From the NCBI GenBank assembly GCA_049720475.1, contig JBNASH010000035.1, positions 84,015 through 148,014 on the forward strand: a stretch of DNA of 64,000 nucleotides, given 5' to 3'. Within the stretch, counting starts at the first letter, position 1, and every line of letters starts with the position of its first letter. The stretch comes from Minisyncoccia bacterium. GTDB lineage: Bacteria; Patescibacteriota; Minisyncoccia; UBA6257; JAAZHW01. Below, in pieces: positions 16,647-26,372 of the stretch. The position numbers were made by a program, and so were the translations under genes. Under the pieces are notes generated by a model. That model was not told the DNA's origin. It made no database searches and saw nothing but the letters and a program-made list of their open reading frames with translations.

Positions 16647-17906
16647 CTAAAATTTTAACTTTCTTAAATCAATAACATTTTCCGCCGGAATATCTGCTGT
16701 TGTCTCATTTTTAGATTCAACTTTTTCTTCTTGTTTCGGTTCTTCATCTTTCGGTATGAAAGATTTATTTTCTGGAGAAGGCGTCTGTTTGGCTTGTATC
16801 TCTTCTTGTTTCGATTCTAACTTTTCTTCTGGTGGGATTGGGGTTGTTTCTTTCATTTCTGAAGAAACAGCTTCTTTTGGTAGGAACGCTTCAACAATGG
16901 GGATTGGATTGACATCTTGAGGTGTTTGAAACGTTGAAGGCTCTATTTTTTGCTCTGTTATTGGTGGCGGTGGAGCAATTGGCTCACTTGATAATTTAAT
17001 ATCTGGTTCTTGTTTCTTTTCAACAAATTCTCTTTGTTCAAAAATTGGTTTTTCTATAGTACTAATCGGCTTGATTTCTTCTTCATGCTTTAATTCAATT
17101 TCTGAAACCACTTTTTCTTTCGCGGGTTTTACATCTTCAAAGCTAATCCGCCAAGGGGAAGATTCTTCCAAAACTGGTTTAAATTCCTCTTCTTTGCCAA
17201 TAATCATTGGCTCTGTTGGTTTTTGAGTCTCTTGTGTGGGTTTTTTAAATTTGAAAAACGAAAGAAAAGTTCGCTTTGGTTTTTCTTCTTGTTGAGTTGT
17301 TGAGGTTGATTCTTGGATCGGAGGTTGAACAACAGCATCTAATGGCTTGGGTTCTTCTTTTTTGCTAGTCTCTGATAATGGTTGAATTCCGATATTTAAT
17401 GTGCCAAGTGGTTCTTTTTGAGTTTCAATATTTTCTGGTGTTTTAGCTATTGATTCTTCTGTTTCGGCTATTTCCACTTTTTTTAATTCCGGCTGGCTTT
17501 CTTTTTCTAATTTTTCCATTGCTGAAAAACGATGATAAATTTTTTCTAAATCTTCTTTAAAAGGCGAGATGAATTTAGATTCTATTTTTAAAGCAATCTC
17601 CTTCGCCAATACCGGATGAATACCCAAATCTATTAATTTTCCACTTAAAAAAGCAAGGAAAACACTAGGATTTAATTTACCAATAAAAACATCGTGGGTT
17701 GCTCCGACCATCGCATCAAATTGATCATCGTTTAAATTATTTTGTCTTTCCAACTCTAAAAAATAGTCAGCCAATTCATTGCCTAAAAGTATTTTTTGAA
17801 TTTTATCAGGCAACTTATCTAATCTTTGCTGCATTTCTTCTAATTCATTATCCATCTCTTTGCTTTCGTTATTAGAATTTTTTACTGGAATATTTGTATC
17901 ATTCAT
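16647..17906 (-). CDS. acidic, E/K/P-rich low-complexity (probably disordered) protein
   Basis: Composition read directly; no TM segment. Confidence 0.5.
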   Translation of the reverse strand: MNDTNIPVKNSNNESKEMDNELEEMQQRLDKLPDKIQKILLGNELADYFLELERQNNLNDDQFDAMVGATHDVFIGKLNPSVFLAFLSGKLIDLGIHPVLAKEIALKIESKFISPFKEDLEKIYHRFSAMEKLEKESQPELKKVEIAETEESIAKTPENIETQKEPLGTLNIGIQPLSETSKKEEPKPLDAVVQPPIQESTSTTQQEEKPKRTFLSFFKFKKPTQETQKPTEPMIIGKEEEFKPVLEESSPWRISFEDVKPAKEKVVSEIELKHEEEIKPISTIEKPIFEQREFVEKKQEPDIKLSSEPIAPPPPITEQKIEPSTFQTPQDVNPIPIVEAFLPKEAVSSEMKETTPIPPEEKLESKQEEIQAKQTPSPENKSFIPKDEEPKQEEKVESKNETTADIPAENVIDLRKLKF

Positions 17907-17929
17907 ATTTTTATTTTTATTTGTTCTTT

Positions 17930-19843
17930 TTATGTTATTGGCTTTCCACTCGAACTAACCAAAGTTGGTCCTTCTAAATTTTTCTTAAACCACATTCGAC
18001 CATTAAAACCACTTTTTATTTTCTTTCTAAATTCTTTTTTGGTCTCCTCATCCATTGTTTCATAGGCGCGTTTAATTTCTGAAGTTAATTGGTCTAATTT
18101 AGGTAAATCAAGATTTCTCAGCTCGCTCGCTGCCTGTTCAGGATTTGTTTCAAGCTTTAATTGTATAACGCCCGAAAGAACAATAGGATCTTTAATTTTA
18201 TCCAGTTTGATACTCTCAACTTCTATATCGGCTTTTCTAATAGCTTTAATCACTTCCTCGGACTTACCAGTTTTAACCGCTGATTGAACATCAGGATGCC
18301 ACTCGGGATGATCTTTAATGATTTTCTTATAATCTTCTTTACTATATTTGCTTAACAAAGGCAAGGCTTTATCTTTATTCGAATCATCAATCCCGCCTTT
18401 TTTAGCTAAAACAGCAAACATCGCCGCTCTTTCTTCAGGTATTAAAGCAGAATTGGCCATTTGTTTTAACTGCTCTACACTCACATTTTCATATTTCTTT
18501 ACTCTATTACTCCATTCCTTATTCTTAACCTCCTCGGCTTTGCGAGAAACATAACGACTAGCCATACCCAAACCGGTAAGACTAATAGCCGCTCTTGCTA
18601 ATTCATTCTTACTAGCCGCCTTCTCTAAACCAGTTGCTGGAACATTGGCCGCTCTTAACGCCCATAAGGAAGCCTTTCCTTTAACAGCTCCTGATGCTTT
18701 CCTTCCTGTTTCTTTGGCAAAATCCAAAGTCTTCTTAGCTATTTCTACACCCATTTTTTCTCCAGCTATTAATCCCGCCACAATAAATCCTGCCACTAAA
18801 AACATCTGCATTACGCTCTGTAAATTGTACATTACAGAACTCATACCACCCGCTGTGAGTGTCCCTGGAATATGCAATTGCTTAACATGCGAAGCTGTTT
18901 CAAGAGCCAAATAAACGAAAAATCCCATTACTGGTGCTACAAAACACCACTGCAAAAATTTACTCCACCATTGTTTGGATATACCAGCCGGTGTGCCAGG
19001 AATTGAAATTAATGATATTACCCAGGCCAGCGGTGCAAAAATTAATAAAATCCATAACCAGAAAAGACGCACAAACAAAATACCAACCAAAGCACCAAAA
19101 ATTATAATGACTAAAAAGCTAAAAACAATTGTGAAGGCTAACTTTGCTATACCCATCAGAGCAGTTTTCTCTTCCGCCCCTACCATTTGCGCTTGTATCC
19201 ATGATGTCCATTCCGCCTCAGTCGAACTAGCTGTTGGCGTAGCAACAACCTGACTTTGCATAAATGTTTGCAACGTCAAAGCATCGGCTAAAGCATTGGT
19301 AAATCTTACCCCGCCCAATCCAGTAGGATCTGCCCCTAGGGAGCCAAAAATAAAATATCTGAAAAACATATTTGAAAAATCAATAATAGCCCCGCCTATC
19401 ATTAAACTAAAATTAATCAAAATTGCCATAATAATCATTTTGACTAACAATCCTTTTGTTTGTCTTGATTGCACTCTTAAAATATAAGAAAAGGCGATAT
19501 AAATTAAAATTACGATAAACAAAATATTTGCAAAATCACGAGCAATTCTCCAACCAGTTTGAACTACAGGCAGAGTAGTAAATGCCGAAGCATTAACTAC
19601 TAAAGCCAAAATTTTTGCTTCTAAAATAATAATTTGGGAAGCAAGAAGAGCAATAAGATGGGCTACCCAACTAAAAATAGAATAGATTGCTGTTGAGGTA
19701 AAATCACCAATACTAAAAAGAGAGAAAGCGTGTGTTTTGAAAATTATGAAAAGATTAATAAACAAACCAAAAATCAACCCTTGAATTAAAGAGATTTTTC
19801 TAAATTTTATTTTTTGAATGATGCTTTTTATTCTTTTAAACAT
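17930..19843 (-). CDS. VirB6/TrbL-like polytopic inner-membrane protein with a hydrophilic C-terminal extension
   Basis: At least 7 hydrophobic helices in the N-terminal ~370 aa, then a ~260-aa charged C-terminal domain, the VirB6-family architecture. Located in the T4SS-like cluster. Confidence 0.5.
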   Translation of the reverse strand: MFKRIKSIIQKIKFRKISLIQGLIFGLFINLFIIFKTHAFSLFSIGDFTSTAIYSIFSWVAHLIALLASQIIILEAKILALVVNASAFTTLPVVQTGWRIARDFANILFIVILIYIAFSYILRVQSRQTKGLLVKMIIMAILINFSLMIGGAIIDFSNMFFRYFIFGSLGADPTGLGGVRFTNALADALTLQTFMQSQVVATPTASSTEAEWTSWIQAQMVGAEEKTALMGIAKLAFTIVFSFLVIIIFGALVGILFVRLFWLWILLIFAPLAWVISLISIPGTPAGISKQWWSKFLQWCFVAPVMGFFVYLALETASHVKQLHIPGTLTAGGMSSVMYNLQSVMQMFLVAGFIVAGLIAGEKMGVEIAKKTLDFAKETGRKASGAVKGKASLWALRAANVPATGLEKAASKNELARAAISLTGLGMASRYVSRKAEEVKNKEWSNRVKKYENVSVEQLKQMANSALIPEERAAMFAVLAKKGGIDDSNKDKALPLLSKYSKEDYKKIIKDHPEWHPDVQSAVKTGKSEEVIKAIRKADIEVESIKLDKIKDPIVLSGVIQLKLETNPEQAASELRNLDLPKLDQLTSEIKRAYETMDEETKKEFRKKIKSGFNGRMWFKKNLEGPTLVSSSGKPIT

Positions 19844-19855
19844 AACCGGTTAATT

Positions 19856-21412
19856 TTAGTATTGTGGTGGTGGTGATGGCTCTCTGCCACCACAATATTT
19901 TTGGCAACTTGTTAAACTAGTAAAATCACCATTAGGATCTAATTCACAAAGTCCCTCAACTTCGTTACAACTATAGCGGTTTTCAGATGGTGGAGGTGAA
20001 GGTGTAATCGAAGGATAACAAACTCGACTACATGAATCATAATCACTATAACTGCCATTGGGATCAGCTACACAAATTTGCAATTCTGTATCGCATTTAA
20101 AACGAAGCGTGGATCCAGTACAAACTGCTTCACAGCTTTCTTTAGAAAAATATGGTCCATTAGCATCAATTTCGCAAACTTTTGATCCGCCATAAGTTTT
20201 ACAGGCATACCGCAAATTAAGCGATGGGCCAGAATCACCCTTTTCTGGCAAAGCCAACAATCCCTTACCATACCACTTACCACCAATTAACAATTCCTTA
20301 GCTGATTTTAACAAACGACTTATTAGTGCCTGAGCAATCATTTCTGAATAACCCTTAAGATCAGCTGAAGTTAGAAAATATGAGTCTGATTTCTCTAATT
20401 GATTGGTTAAAACTTTTGAAGTTAAATCTGATTTGGCTTCGCCCGGAATACTCACTACCTTTTCTACACAGATTTCTTGACCGGTAGCAGGATCTTTTTT
20501 GGTTTTAATACACCACTCTGTTGGTTTATAGCCACTCTGGGTTTTTTTCTCGGCTTCTTGCTGGGATTCAGATAATTCATTCTTTAAAGATTCTTGAGTC
20601 ATTAAATATGCTCCGAAGGCATTATTCCAGGGATAAAAGGATTCTTCAAAAGCAAGCCACCCGCCATTAGAAAAATTATCATAAAAAGATTCGATATTGC
20701 TTACTACCCTTGATAAAGTACAAGTTGGAAAAGGAGGTTTACCAGGCAAGGTTGTCCCAACTCTAACTAAATAACGAAACGGCTCGCACAACTCCGAAAA
20801 AGGTGAATTTTCGATAAATCGACCAAAAGCCTCATCCATCACATCGCCGAAAAATTGTCGCCAATTAGTAACAAACTGTGGATCGCCAGTTGTTCTTCCG
20901 CTAATCCAATCAACTGCGTTAGAAACCAAACGATCCATAAATGTTTTCACGGCAATTCTGAGCAATAATTTTGTCATTTCAGCCATTTTTGCTTTTAATG
21001 TTGCTTTCTTTTTAGCTACCCATTCTTTACACTGCTGGGTAGTATCGGCGCCACCAGTATTAATAATACATTCACCCGAAATAGCCGTCCCACCAATGCC
21101 CAAAAAACTCAACGTACGACCTAACATTTGACAAACTGGATTTAAAACTACGGACAAAGCGGTATTAATCCAGCTTGTTATTTTTTGATAAATACCCGTA
21201 GAACAAACCATCACCTCGCCCCAATATTCGGCTATATTCTCATATACCGCTGGCTCCTGTTCCAAAACCGAATCTAGATCTTTTGGCGAGGGCAAAGGAA
21301 CTTCGATTAAGGTTTCTGTTTGGGCTTTAACTTTTAAAGCATTAACTATGCCTTCCAAATTAAGAAGAAGAACAGCAATTAAAGTGATAATGGCAAAAGT
21401 TTTTTTACTCAT
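19856..21412 (-). CDS. secreted protein with three C-terminal Cys-rich ~30-aa repeats (C-x7-9-C-E/A/L-x-D-x-N-G-x-[YF]-x-[SD]-x3-S-C-x3-C) and a PPP tail
   Basis: Signal peptide MSKKTFAIITLIAVLLLNLEG. The repeats CKTYGGSKVCEIDANGPYFSKESCEAVC, CDTELQICVADPNGSYSDYDSCSRVC and CNEVEGLCELDPNGDFTSLTSCQKYC are read directly. Confidence 0.55.
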   Translation of the reverse strand: MSKKTFAIITLIAVLLLNLEGIVNALKVKAQTETLIEVPLPSPKDLDSVLEQEPAVYENIAEYWGEVMVCSTGIYQKITSWINTALSVVLNPVCQMLGRTLSFLGIGGTAISGECIINTGGADTTQQCKEWVAKKKATLKAKMAEMTKLLLRIAVKTFMDRLVSNAVDWISGRTTGDPQFVTNWRQFFGDVMDEAFGRFIENSPFSELCEPFRYLVRVGTTLPGKPPFPTCTLSRVVSNIESFYDNFSNGGWLAFEESFYPWNNAFGAYLMTQESLKNELSESQQEAEKKTQSGYKPTEWCIKTKKDPATGQEICVEKVVSIPGEAKSDLTSKVLTNQLEKSDSYFLTSADLKGYSEMIAQALISRLLKSAKELLIGGKWYGKGLLALPEKGDSGPSLNLRYACKTYGGSKVCEIDANGPYFSKESCEAVCTGSTLRFKCDTELQICVADPNGSYSDYDSCSRVCYPSITPSPPPSENRYSCNEVEGLCELDPNGDFTSLTSCQKYCGGREPSPPPQY

Positions 21413-22234
21413 TTAAAATTTGAAATAATTAATTGAACCATCGCCCTCCATTTTTTTCATCATGGCCACCATCCATTGTTGATAAGCATTATCCAAATCC
21501 TCTAAAAGTTGACTAGCTACCAAACCGCTTATTGGATCTTTTTGATAATTATAAAGCGCTTTTAAAATTGCTTGCTTTGTGTTTAAAAAATTAATCAAAT
21601 CCAGATGTAAATTAGCATAAGATGAAGGAATGGGTAACTTCTTTAAATCATCAATGGCTAAACTTAAATCATTAATCATATCAACCAAAAAAGTCGGATC
21701 TTCATTGTCCAAAAAACTTTGCAACCTTTCCTGAAAAACATCATCGGTTATCTTATGATCAGCCAATACTTTCATTGCTTCTACAAAATATTTTAAAGAA
21801 GTGAAAGGTGGCTCTTCTTGAGAAATAAATTTTAATTCAGCCAAAGTTGTAACTGGTACATTCTCAAGAAAATAATTAGTACATTTCTTTATCATTTCAT
21901 CACTAAACAATTCTTCATTCGGCACTTCTAACTGGCCGGATGATAAATCATTGTTGGCATTTAAAGAAATAATTTGTTGGGCTAATTCATTGGCCACTTT
22001 TGATGTTAAATTATCTTCTTCTTTAACATCCAGGCTTTCAACATTAGCTGATAATTTTTGCTTTGCTTTTTCTAAAGAAAAAGAAGTAGGCGCATTAATT
22101 TTTCCTGTATCAGTCAATGCGGCTTTACTTTCTTTTATATTTACTGGTTTATTGTTATGTTGAAAAATCAAAAACGAAACAAAAATAGCCAAAAAAACGA
22201 TGCCAATACCCAATTTTAGAGATTTTTTTTCCAT
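21413..22234 (-). CDS. membrane-anchored/secreted hypothetical protein (first gene of the cluster)
   Basis: N-terminal hydrophobic segment LGIGIVFLAIFVSFLIF. Confidence 0.5.
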   Translation of the reverse strand: MEKKSLKLGIGIVFLAIFVSFLIFQHNNKPVNIKESKAALTDTGKINAPTSFSLEKAKQKLSANVESLDVKEEDNLTSKVANELAQQIISLNANNDLSSGQLEVPNEELFSDEMIKKCTNYFLENVPVTTLAELKFISQEEPPFTSLKYFVEAMKVLADHKITDDVFQERLQSFLDNEDPTFLVDMINDLSLAIDDLKKLPIPSSYANLHLDLINFLNTKQAILKALYNYQKDPISGLVASQLLEDLDNAYQQWMVAMMKKMEGDGSINYFKF

Positions 22235-22265
22235 AGGAATTCTTTTTAATATTATACTACAAAAA

Positions 22266-23063
22266 TTAACCTTGATTAAGTTTTTTGGCCAAAGTTATCC
22301 ACAATTGAAGCGACAATTCAGAAGCTCTTATTTTTTCAGACAAATTTAATTCTCTCAAAGCATTTCTAATTTTTTCTTTAGCAAATTTTCTTGACAAATT
22401 ATTAAACAGCGTCTTTCTGGGCTGTTTAAAAGCGGTTTTTAGCAAATCAATGATAAATTCTTCGTTTTTTAATCTTTGATTTAAAGATAAAGTCTTAAAT
22501 TTAACCACGGATGATTCCACTTTTGGTGAAGGATAAAAATCTTTTGGTTTCAAATTAAATAACAATTTTGGGGTCGCCCATAAATTAACAATGTTTGATA
22601 ATAAATTAGTCTTGTGTTCTCTGGCTAAAATTTTTTGAGCCACTTCTTTCTGAAGCATTAATACAATTACTACTGGCGGATTTTTTAATTTTTGAAAAAG
22701 ACGTAAAAGTTGGCCTGTTAAATAATATGGGATATTACCAACAACTTTATATTTTTTGTAATTATTTGAGATTTTTTCCAAAAGATCACGAATATCTCCT
22801 TCAATAATCTTTGGCCATTCTTCATTTGAAACACTCAAACGCTTCTTTAGAATCTCAACCCATCCGCTGTCTTTTTCTACCGCTATCACATAAGGAGTTT
22901 TTTTCAAAAGTTCCCGCGTTAGATTTCCACTACCAGCTCCAATTTCAACAATTACATCATTTGGTTCAATTTCCAAAGCCTCAACAATTTTTTTTAAAGC
23001 TGATGTATTAATTAAAAAATTTTGTCCTAATCGTTTTTTATATTTCATATTCTTCATCATCAA
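22266..23063 (-). CDS. rsmA: 16S rRNA (adenine1518/1519-N6)-dimethyltransferase
   Basis: RLGQNFLIN... and a SAM-binding motif (VVEIGAGSGNLTRELL). Confidence 0.85.
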   Translation of the reverse strand: MMMKNMKYKKRLGQNFLINTSALKKIVEALEIEPNDVIVEIGAGSGNLTRELLKKTPYVIAVEKDSGWVEILKKRLSVSNEEWPKIIEGDIRDLLEKISNNYKKYKVVGNIPYYLTGQLLRLFQKLKNPPVVIVLMLQKEVAQKILAREHKTNLLSNIVNLWATPKLLFNLKPKDFYPSPKVESSVVKFKTLSLNQRLKNEEFIIDLLKTAFKQPRKTLFNNLSRKFAKEKIRNALRELNLSEKIRASELSLQLWITLAKKLNQG

Positions 23064-25008
23064 TTAATTCGATCTCCGGATAATCAGGGTCAACCATATC
23101 TTTGTATGGCTCAAGTTCTATTTCTTCTTTTAACTCTGGCGAAATTTCTTCAATAAAGCGCGAGTTTTCATTAATTTTTAATTGCCCAAACATTCTGCGC
23201 CGCGATGACCAAATTAAATAAACCTCTTCTTTAGCCCGCGTCATCCCCACATACATTAATCTTCTTTCTTCTTCTAATTCTTCATCTGAATATTGAGATT
23301 GAATATGCGGCAAAATGCCTTCTTCGGCGCCCACAATAAATACAATATCAAATTCTAATCCTTTAGCACTATGCAGAGTCATTAAAGAAACAAAATTTTT
23401 ATCATCTTTTTTCTCATCCCCTTCTTCAAATAAAGTAATTTTTTCTAAAAATTCCGCCAAAGTACCTTTGTCATAAGCATCAAAATCCTCCGCCAACCTT
23501 ATCAATTCCAAAACATTCTGCCATTTTTCAACTGGGTCTTTGGCGGTTTCTTTTAAATATTGCTCATAATTAATTTTATTTATGAGTTCTCGAATCAATT
23601 GAGCTACTGGTATTTTATCCATCATTTTCTTTAACTCCTCCAAAATTTCCAAAAATTCCTTCGCTTCAGCCAATTTTCTTATATTTTCCCAAGCTTTTTC
23701 ATAATTTTCCTCTTTAAAAATCAAAGATGTTTTCTTATTCCCAATTTGTCGCGGCGGTACATTAATAATTCGCTCCAAACTCACCAGATCTTTAGGATTA
23801 ACCAAAATTCTTAAATAAGCCAGAATGTCTTTGATTTCTTTTCTTTGATAAAATTTAATGCCGGCAAAAATTTGATAAGGTATGCCTGCTTTTAAAAATA
23901 CCTCTTCTAAAACTCGCGATTGAGCATTAATTCGATAAAGCACGGCAAAATTTTTATACTGATAGTGATGCTCATTGATTAAATTCAAAATCATCGAAGC
24001 GACAAATTCAGCTTCTTCAATTTCATCCAGCGCCCTCACCACAAAAATTGGTTTTCCTTCTTCATTAACCGAAACCAATTGTTTTTCTCTTCTTAATTTA
24101 TTGTTTTTGATTATTTCTTGGGCTGCCTTTAAAATATTTTTTGTTAAGCGATAACTAGTTCTTAATACCACCACTTTGGCATCGGGCCAATCCTTTTCAA
24201 AATTCAAAAAATTGCGAAAATCAGCCTGCCGCCAAGTATAAATTGACTGATCTTCATCGCCCACCACACATAAATTGCGATGTTTTGATGATAAAAGTTT
24301 AATTAACTGATATTGGGATGTATTTGTGTCTTGATATTCATCCACTAAAATATATTTCCAGCGATTCTGATATTTTTCTAAAATTTCTGTTTGTTTTTGA
24401 AAAATTTCCACTGGCAATTTAATTAAATCATCAAAGTCGAAAGCATTGTTTTGTATCAATTTATCTTCGTATAAACGATAAATTTTGGCGACTTTTTCTT
24501 GAAAAAAGTTCTCAGCATTTTTTTCATAATCCTCCACATTAATCAACTCGTTCTTTGCTCGTGAAATTTCATTTCGAACAATACTGGGCAAAAATTGATC
24601 TTTGGGTAAATTTAGCTCGGTTAAGCAATCCTTAACGAGTTTCAATGAATCATCTTCATCAAAAATTACAAAATTTTTATTGCGCTGAACAATTTTTAAT
24701 AAATCTTTCAAAATATTTAGGCCTAATTTATGAAAAGTGCCAATAAAAAGTTTTTGGGAAAAATTGTTGTGTCCTAAAATTTTTTTGATTCGCTCGCGCA
24801 TTTCTTCAGCCGCCTTATTAGTAAAAGTAATGGCCAAGATATTCTCGGGTTTAATGCCAGTGGCCAAAAGATAAGCCACTCGATGAGTTAAGGTTTTTGT
24901 CTTCCCTGAACCAGCGCCGGCAACAATTAAAAGCGGCCCTTCTGTAAAAAGCACCGCCTCTTTTTGATCCTCGTTTAGCCCCTCTAAAATTTTCAATTTA
25001 TCAATCAT
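23038..25008 (-). CDS. pcrA: UvrD/PcrA-family ATP-dependent DNA helicase
   Basis: Walker A GAGSGKTKTLTHR and the helicase motifs VDEYQDTN and TLHSAKGLEFD. Confidence 0.85.
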   Translation of the reverse strand: MIDKLKILEGLNEDQKEAVLFTEGPLLIVAGAGSGKTKTLTHRVAYLLATGIKPENILAITFTNKAAEEMRERIKKILGHNNFSQKLFIGTFHKLGLNILKDLLKIVQRNKNFVIFDEDDSLKLVKDCLTELNLPKDQFLPSIVRNEISRAKNELINVEDYEKNAENFFQEKVAKIYRLYEDKLIQNNAFDFDDLIKLPVEIFQKQTEILEKYQNRWKYILVDEYQDTNTSQYQLIKLLSSKHRNLCVVGDEDQSIYTWRQADFRNFLNFEKDWPDAKVVVLRTSYRLTKNILKAAQEIIKNNKLRREKQLVSVNEEGKPIFVVRALDEIEEAEFVASMILNLINEHHYQYKNFAVLYRINAQSRVLEEVFLKAGIPYQIFAGIKFYQRKEIKDILAYLRILVNPKDLVSLERIINVPPRQIGNKKTSLIFKEENYEKAWENIRKLAEAKEFLEILEELKKMMDKIPVAQLIRELINKINYEQYLKETAKDPVEKWQNVLELIRLAEDFDAYDKGTLAEFLEKITLFEEGDEKKDDKNFVSLMTLHSAKGLEFDIVFIVGAEEGILPHIQSQYSDEELEEERRLMYVGMTRAKEEVYLIWSSRRRMFGQLKINENSRFIEEISPELKEEIELEPYKDMVDPDYPEIELIDDEEYEI

Positions 25009-25100
25009 AGAAGTAAGTTTAGCATTTTTTCTTTGTTTTTTCCAGCAAAATTGATGAAAATAATCGCCAAATAGCCAGTTTTTTGTTATTTATTGAAAAC

Positions 25101-25128
25101 TTGACTTCTTTTTATCAACGGCTATAAT
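25101..25128 (+). promoter_or_regulatory. candidate promoter TTGACT-16-TATAAT upstream of the LysM/M23 gene
   Basis: Hexamers read directly. Confidence 0.4.
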
Positions 25129-25213
25129 AAAGAGTAATCCTTTAAAAGACACTGGTCTTTTAAGGAGAAAATAAAATAAGCTTATTTGTACACTTTTTGC
25201 CAATTTTAAGCGA

Positions 25214-26323
25214 TTGTACCGAAAGATTGCGACTGAACTGAAAGTTTTTATTTTCAATTCAAAAAGTCTCTTTTCTTTAAAAGAGCGCTTGTTTTACTTT
25301 AGACAACCTCTTCCCACGGTTGTCTTTTTGCTTATTTTGGGGGCTATTCTAATTATTATTAATTATACTAATGAGAACAAACTTTTATCCTATAAAGAAT
25401 CGGACCGCGGCGTTTTGGGTGGTCCGAATTTGATTATGAAAAATCTGGCTTTAACTAGCAACACTAACCCTGCTGTTTTTAGTCTTGCTGTTAATCAAAA
25501 CATTAATAGAAATGAAGGTCTTGACACTTCTCCTAACCAGCCGGATTCTGAAATTTCTTATCTTATTGACCATAGTAGCTTACAAAATCCCAGCCCAATT
25601 CTCACAAGCATCAGAACAGATAAAAATGGAATTTTAATCTATAGAGTTCAAAAGGGCGATACCCTACTCAGCCTTTCCTCTGAATTTGGAATAAGTTTAG
25701 AAACTATAAAGTGGGCTAATAATTTAAAAAGCGATAGAATTGTTCCAGGCGAAGAACTAATTATTCTTCCTGTATCTGGTGTTTTACATGAAATCAAACC
25801 TGGTGAAACAATAGAACAAATTGCCCAACTTTATTCGGTTTCAACCGATAAAATCGTTGCTTATAATAACTTGACCAATTCTTCTTTAATTCCAGGACAA
25901 AAAATTATTATACCCGATGGTCGAATGCCAAGAACTTATAAAGTTTTCGCTGCTGCTTCTTCTCTTCCCGAATACCCTTATTATTATGTCATTCCTACCA
26001 GTGGATTTAATTGGGGCATTCTTCATAATGTCAACGCTGTTGACATCGCCAACCGCTGCGATACACCAGTTGTAGCCGCCGCCGAAGGATTGGTTGAAAA
26101 AGTAGCCTATGATAGCAGTTATGGCAATTATATAAAAATTCAACATCCCAACAATACTGAAACGCTGTATGCCCACCTTAATTATGTTCAAGTTAAAGAA
26201 GGCGATTATGTTATGCAAGGTCAGTTAATTGGTTTAATGGGCAATACTGGTTATGTTATTGGCTCCCCAGGCTGTCATCTTCATTTCGAAGTCAGAGGCG
26301 CCAAAAATCCTTTTGCCAAATAA
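25214..26323 (+). CDS. LysM-domain peptidoglycan DD-metalloendopeptidase (2x LysM + M23 peptidase); N-terminal start uncertain (TTG in track)
   Basis: Two LysM motifs (YRVQKGDTLLSLSSEFGISLETIKWAN and HEIKPGETIEQIAQLYSVSTDKIVAYN). M23 motifs (HxxxD-like region and GYVIGSPGCHLHFEV). Confidence 0.8.
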   Translation: MYRKIATELKVFIFNSKSLFSLKERLFYFRQPLPTVVFLLILGAILIIINYTNENKLLSYKESDRGVLGGPNLIMKNLALTSNTNPAVFSLAVNQNINRNEGLDTSPNQPDSEISYLIDHSSLQNPSPILTSIRTDKNGILIYRVQKGDTLLSLSSEFGISLETIKWANNLKSDRIVPGEELIILPVSGVLHEIKPGETIEQIAQLYSVSTDKIVAYNNLTNSSLIPGQKIIIPDGRMPRTYKVFAAASSLPEYPYYYVIPTSGFNWGILHNVNAVDIANRCDTPVVAAAEGLVEKVAYDSSYGNYIKIQHPNNTETLYAHLNYVQVKEGDYVMQGQLIGLMGNTGYVIGSPGCHLHFEVRGAKNPFAK

Positions 26324-26340
26324 AAATTTCCCACTTTATA

Positions 26341-26372
26341 AATTAAAAAATCGAGCTTCAGCTCGATTTTTT
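26341..26372. terminator. bidirectional terminator (AAATCGAGCT-tca-AGCTCGATTT + T-run)
   Basis: Perfect palindrome between convergent genes. Confidence 0.6.
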
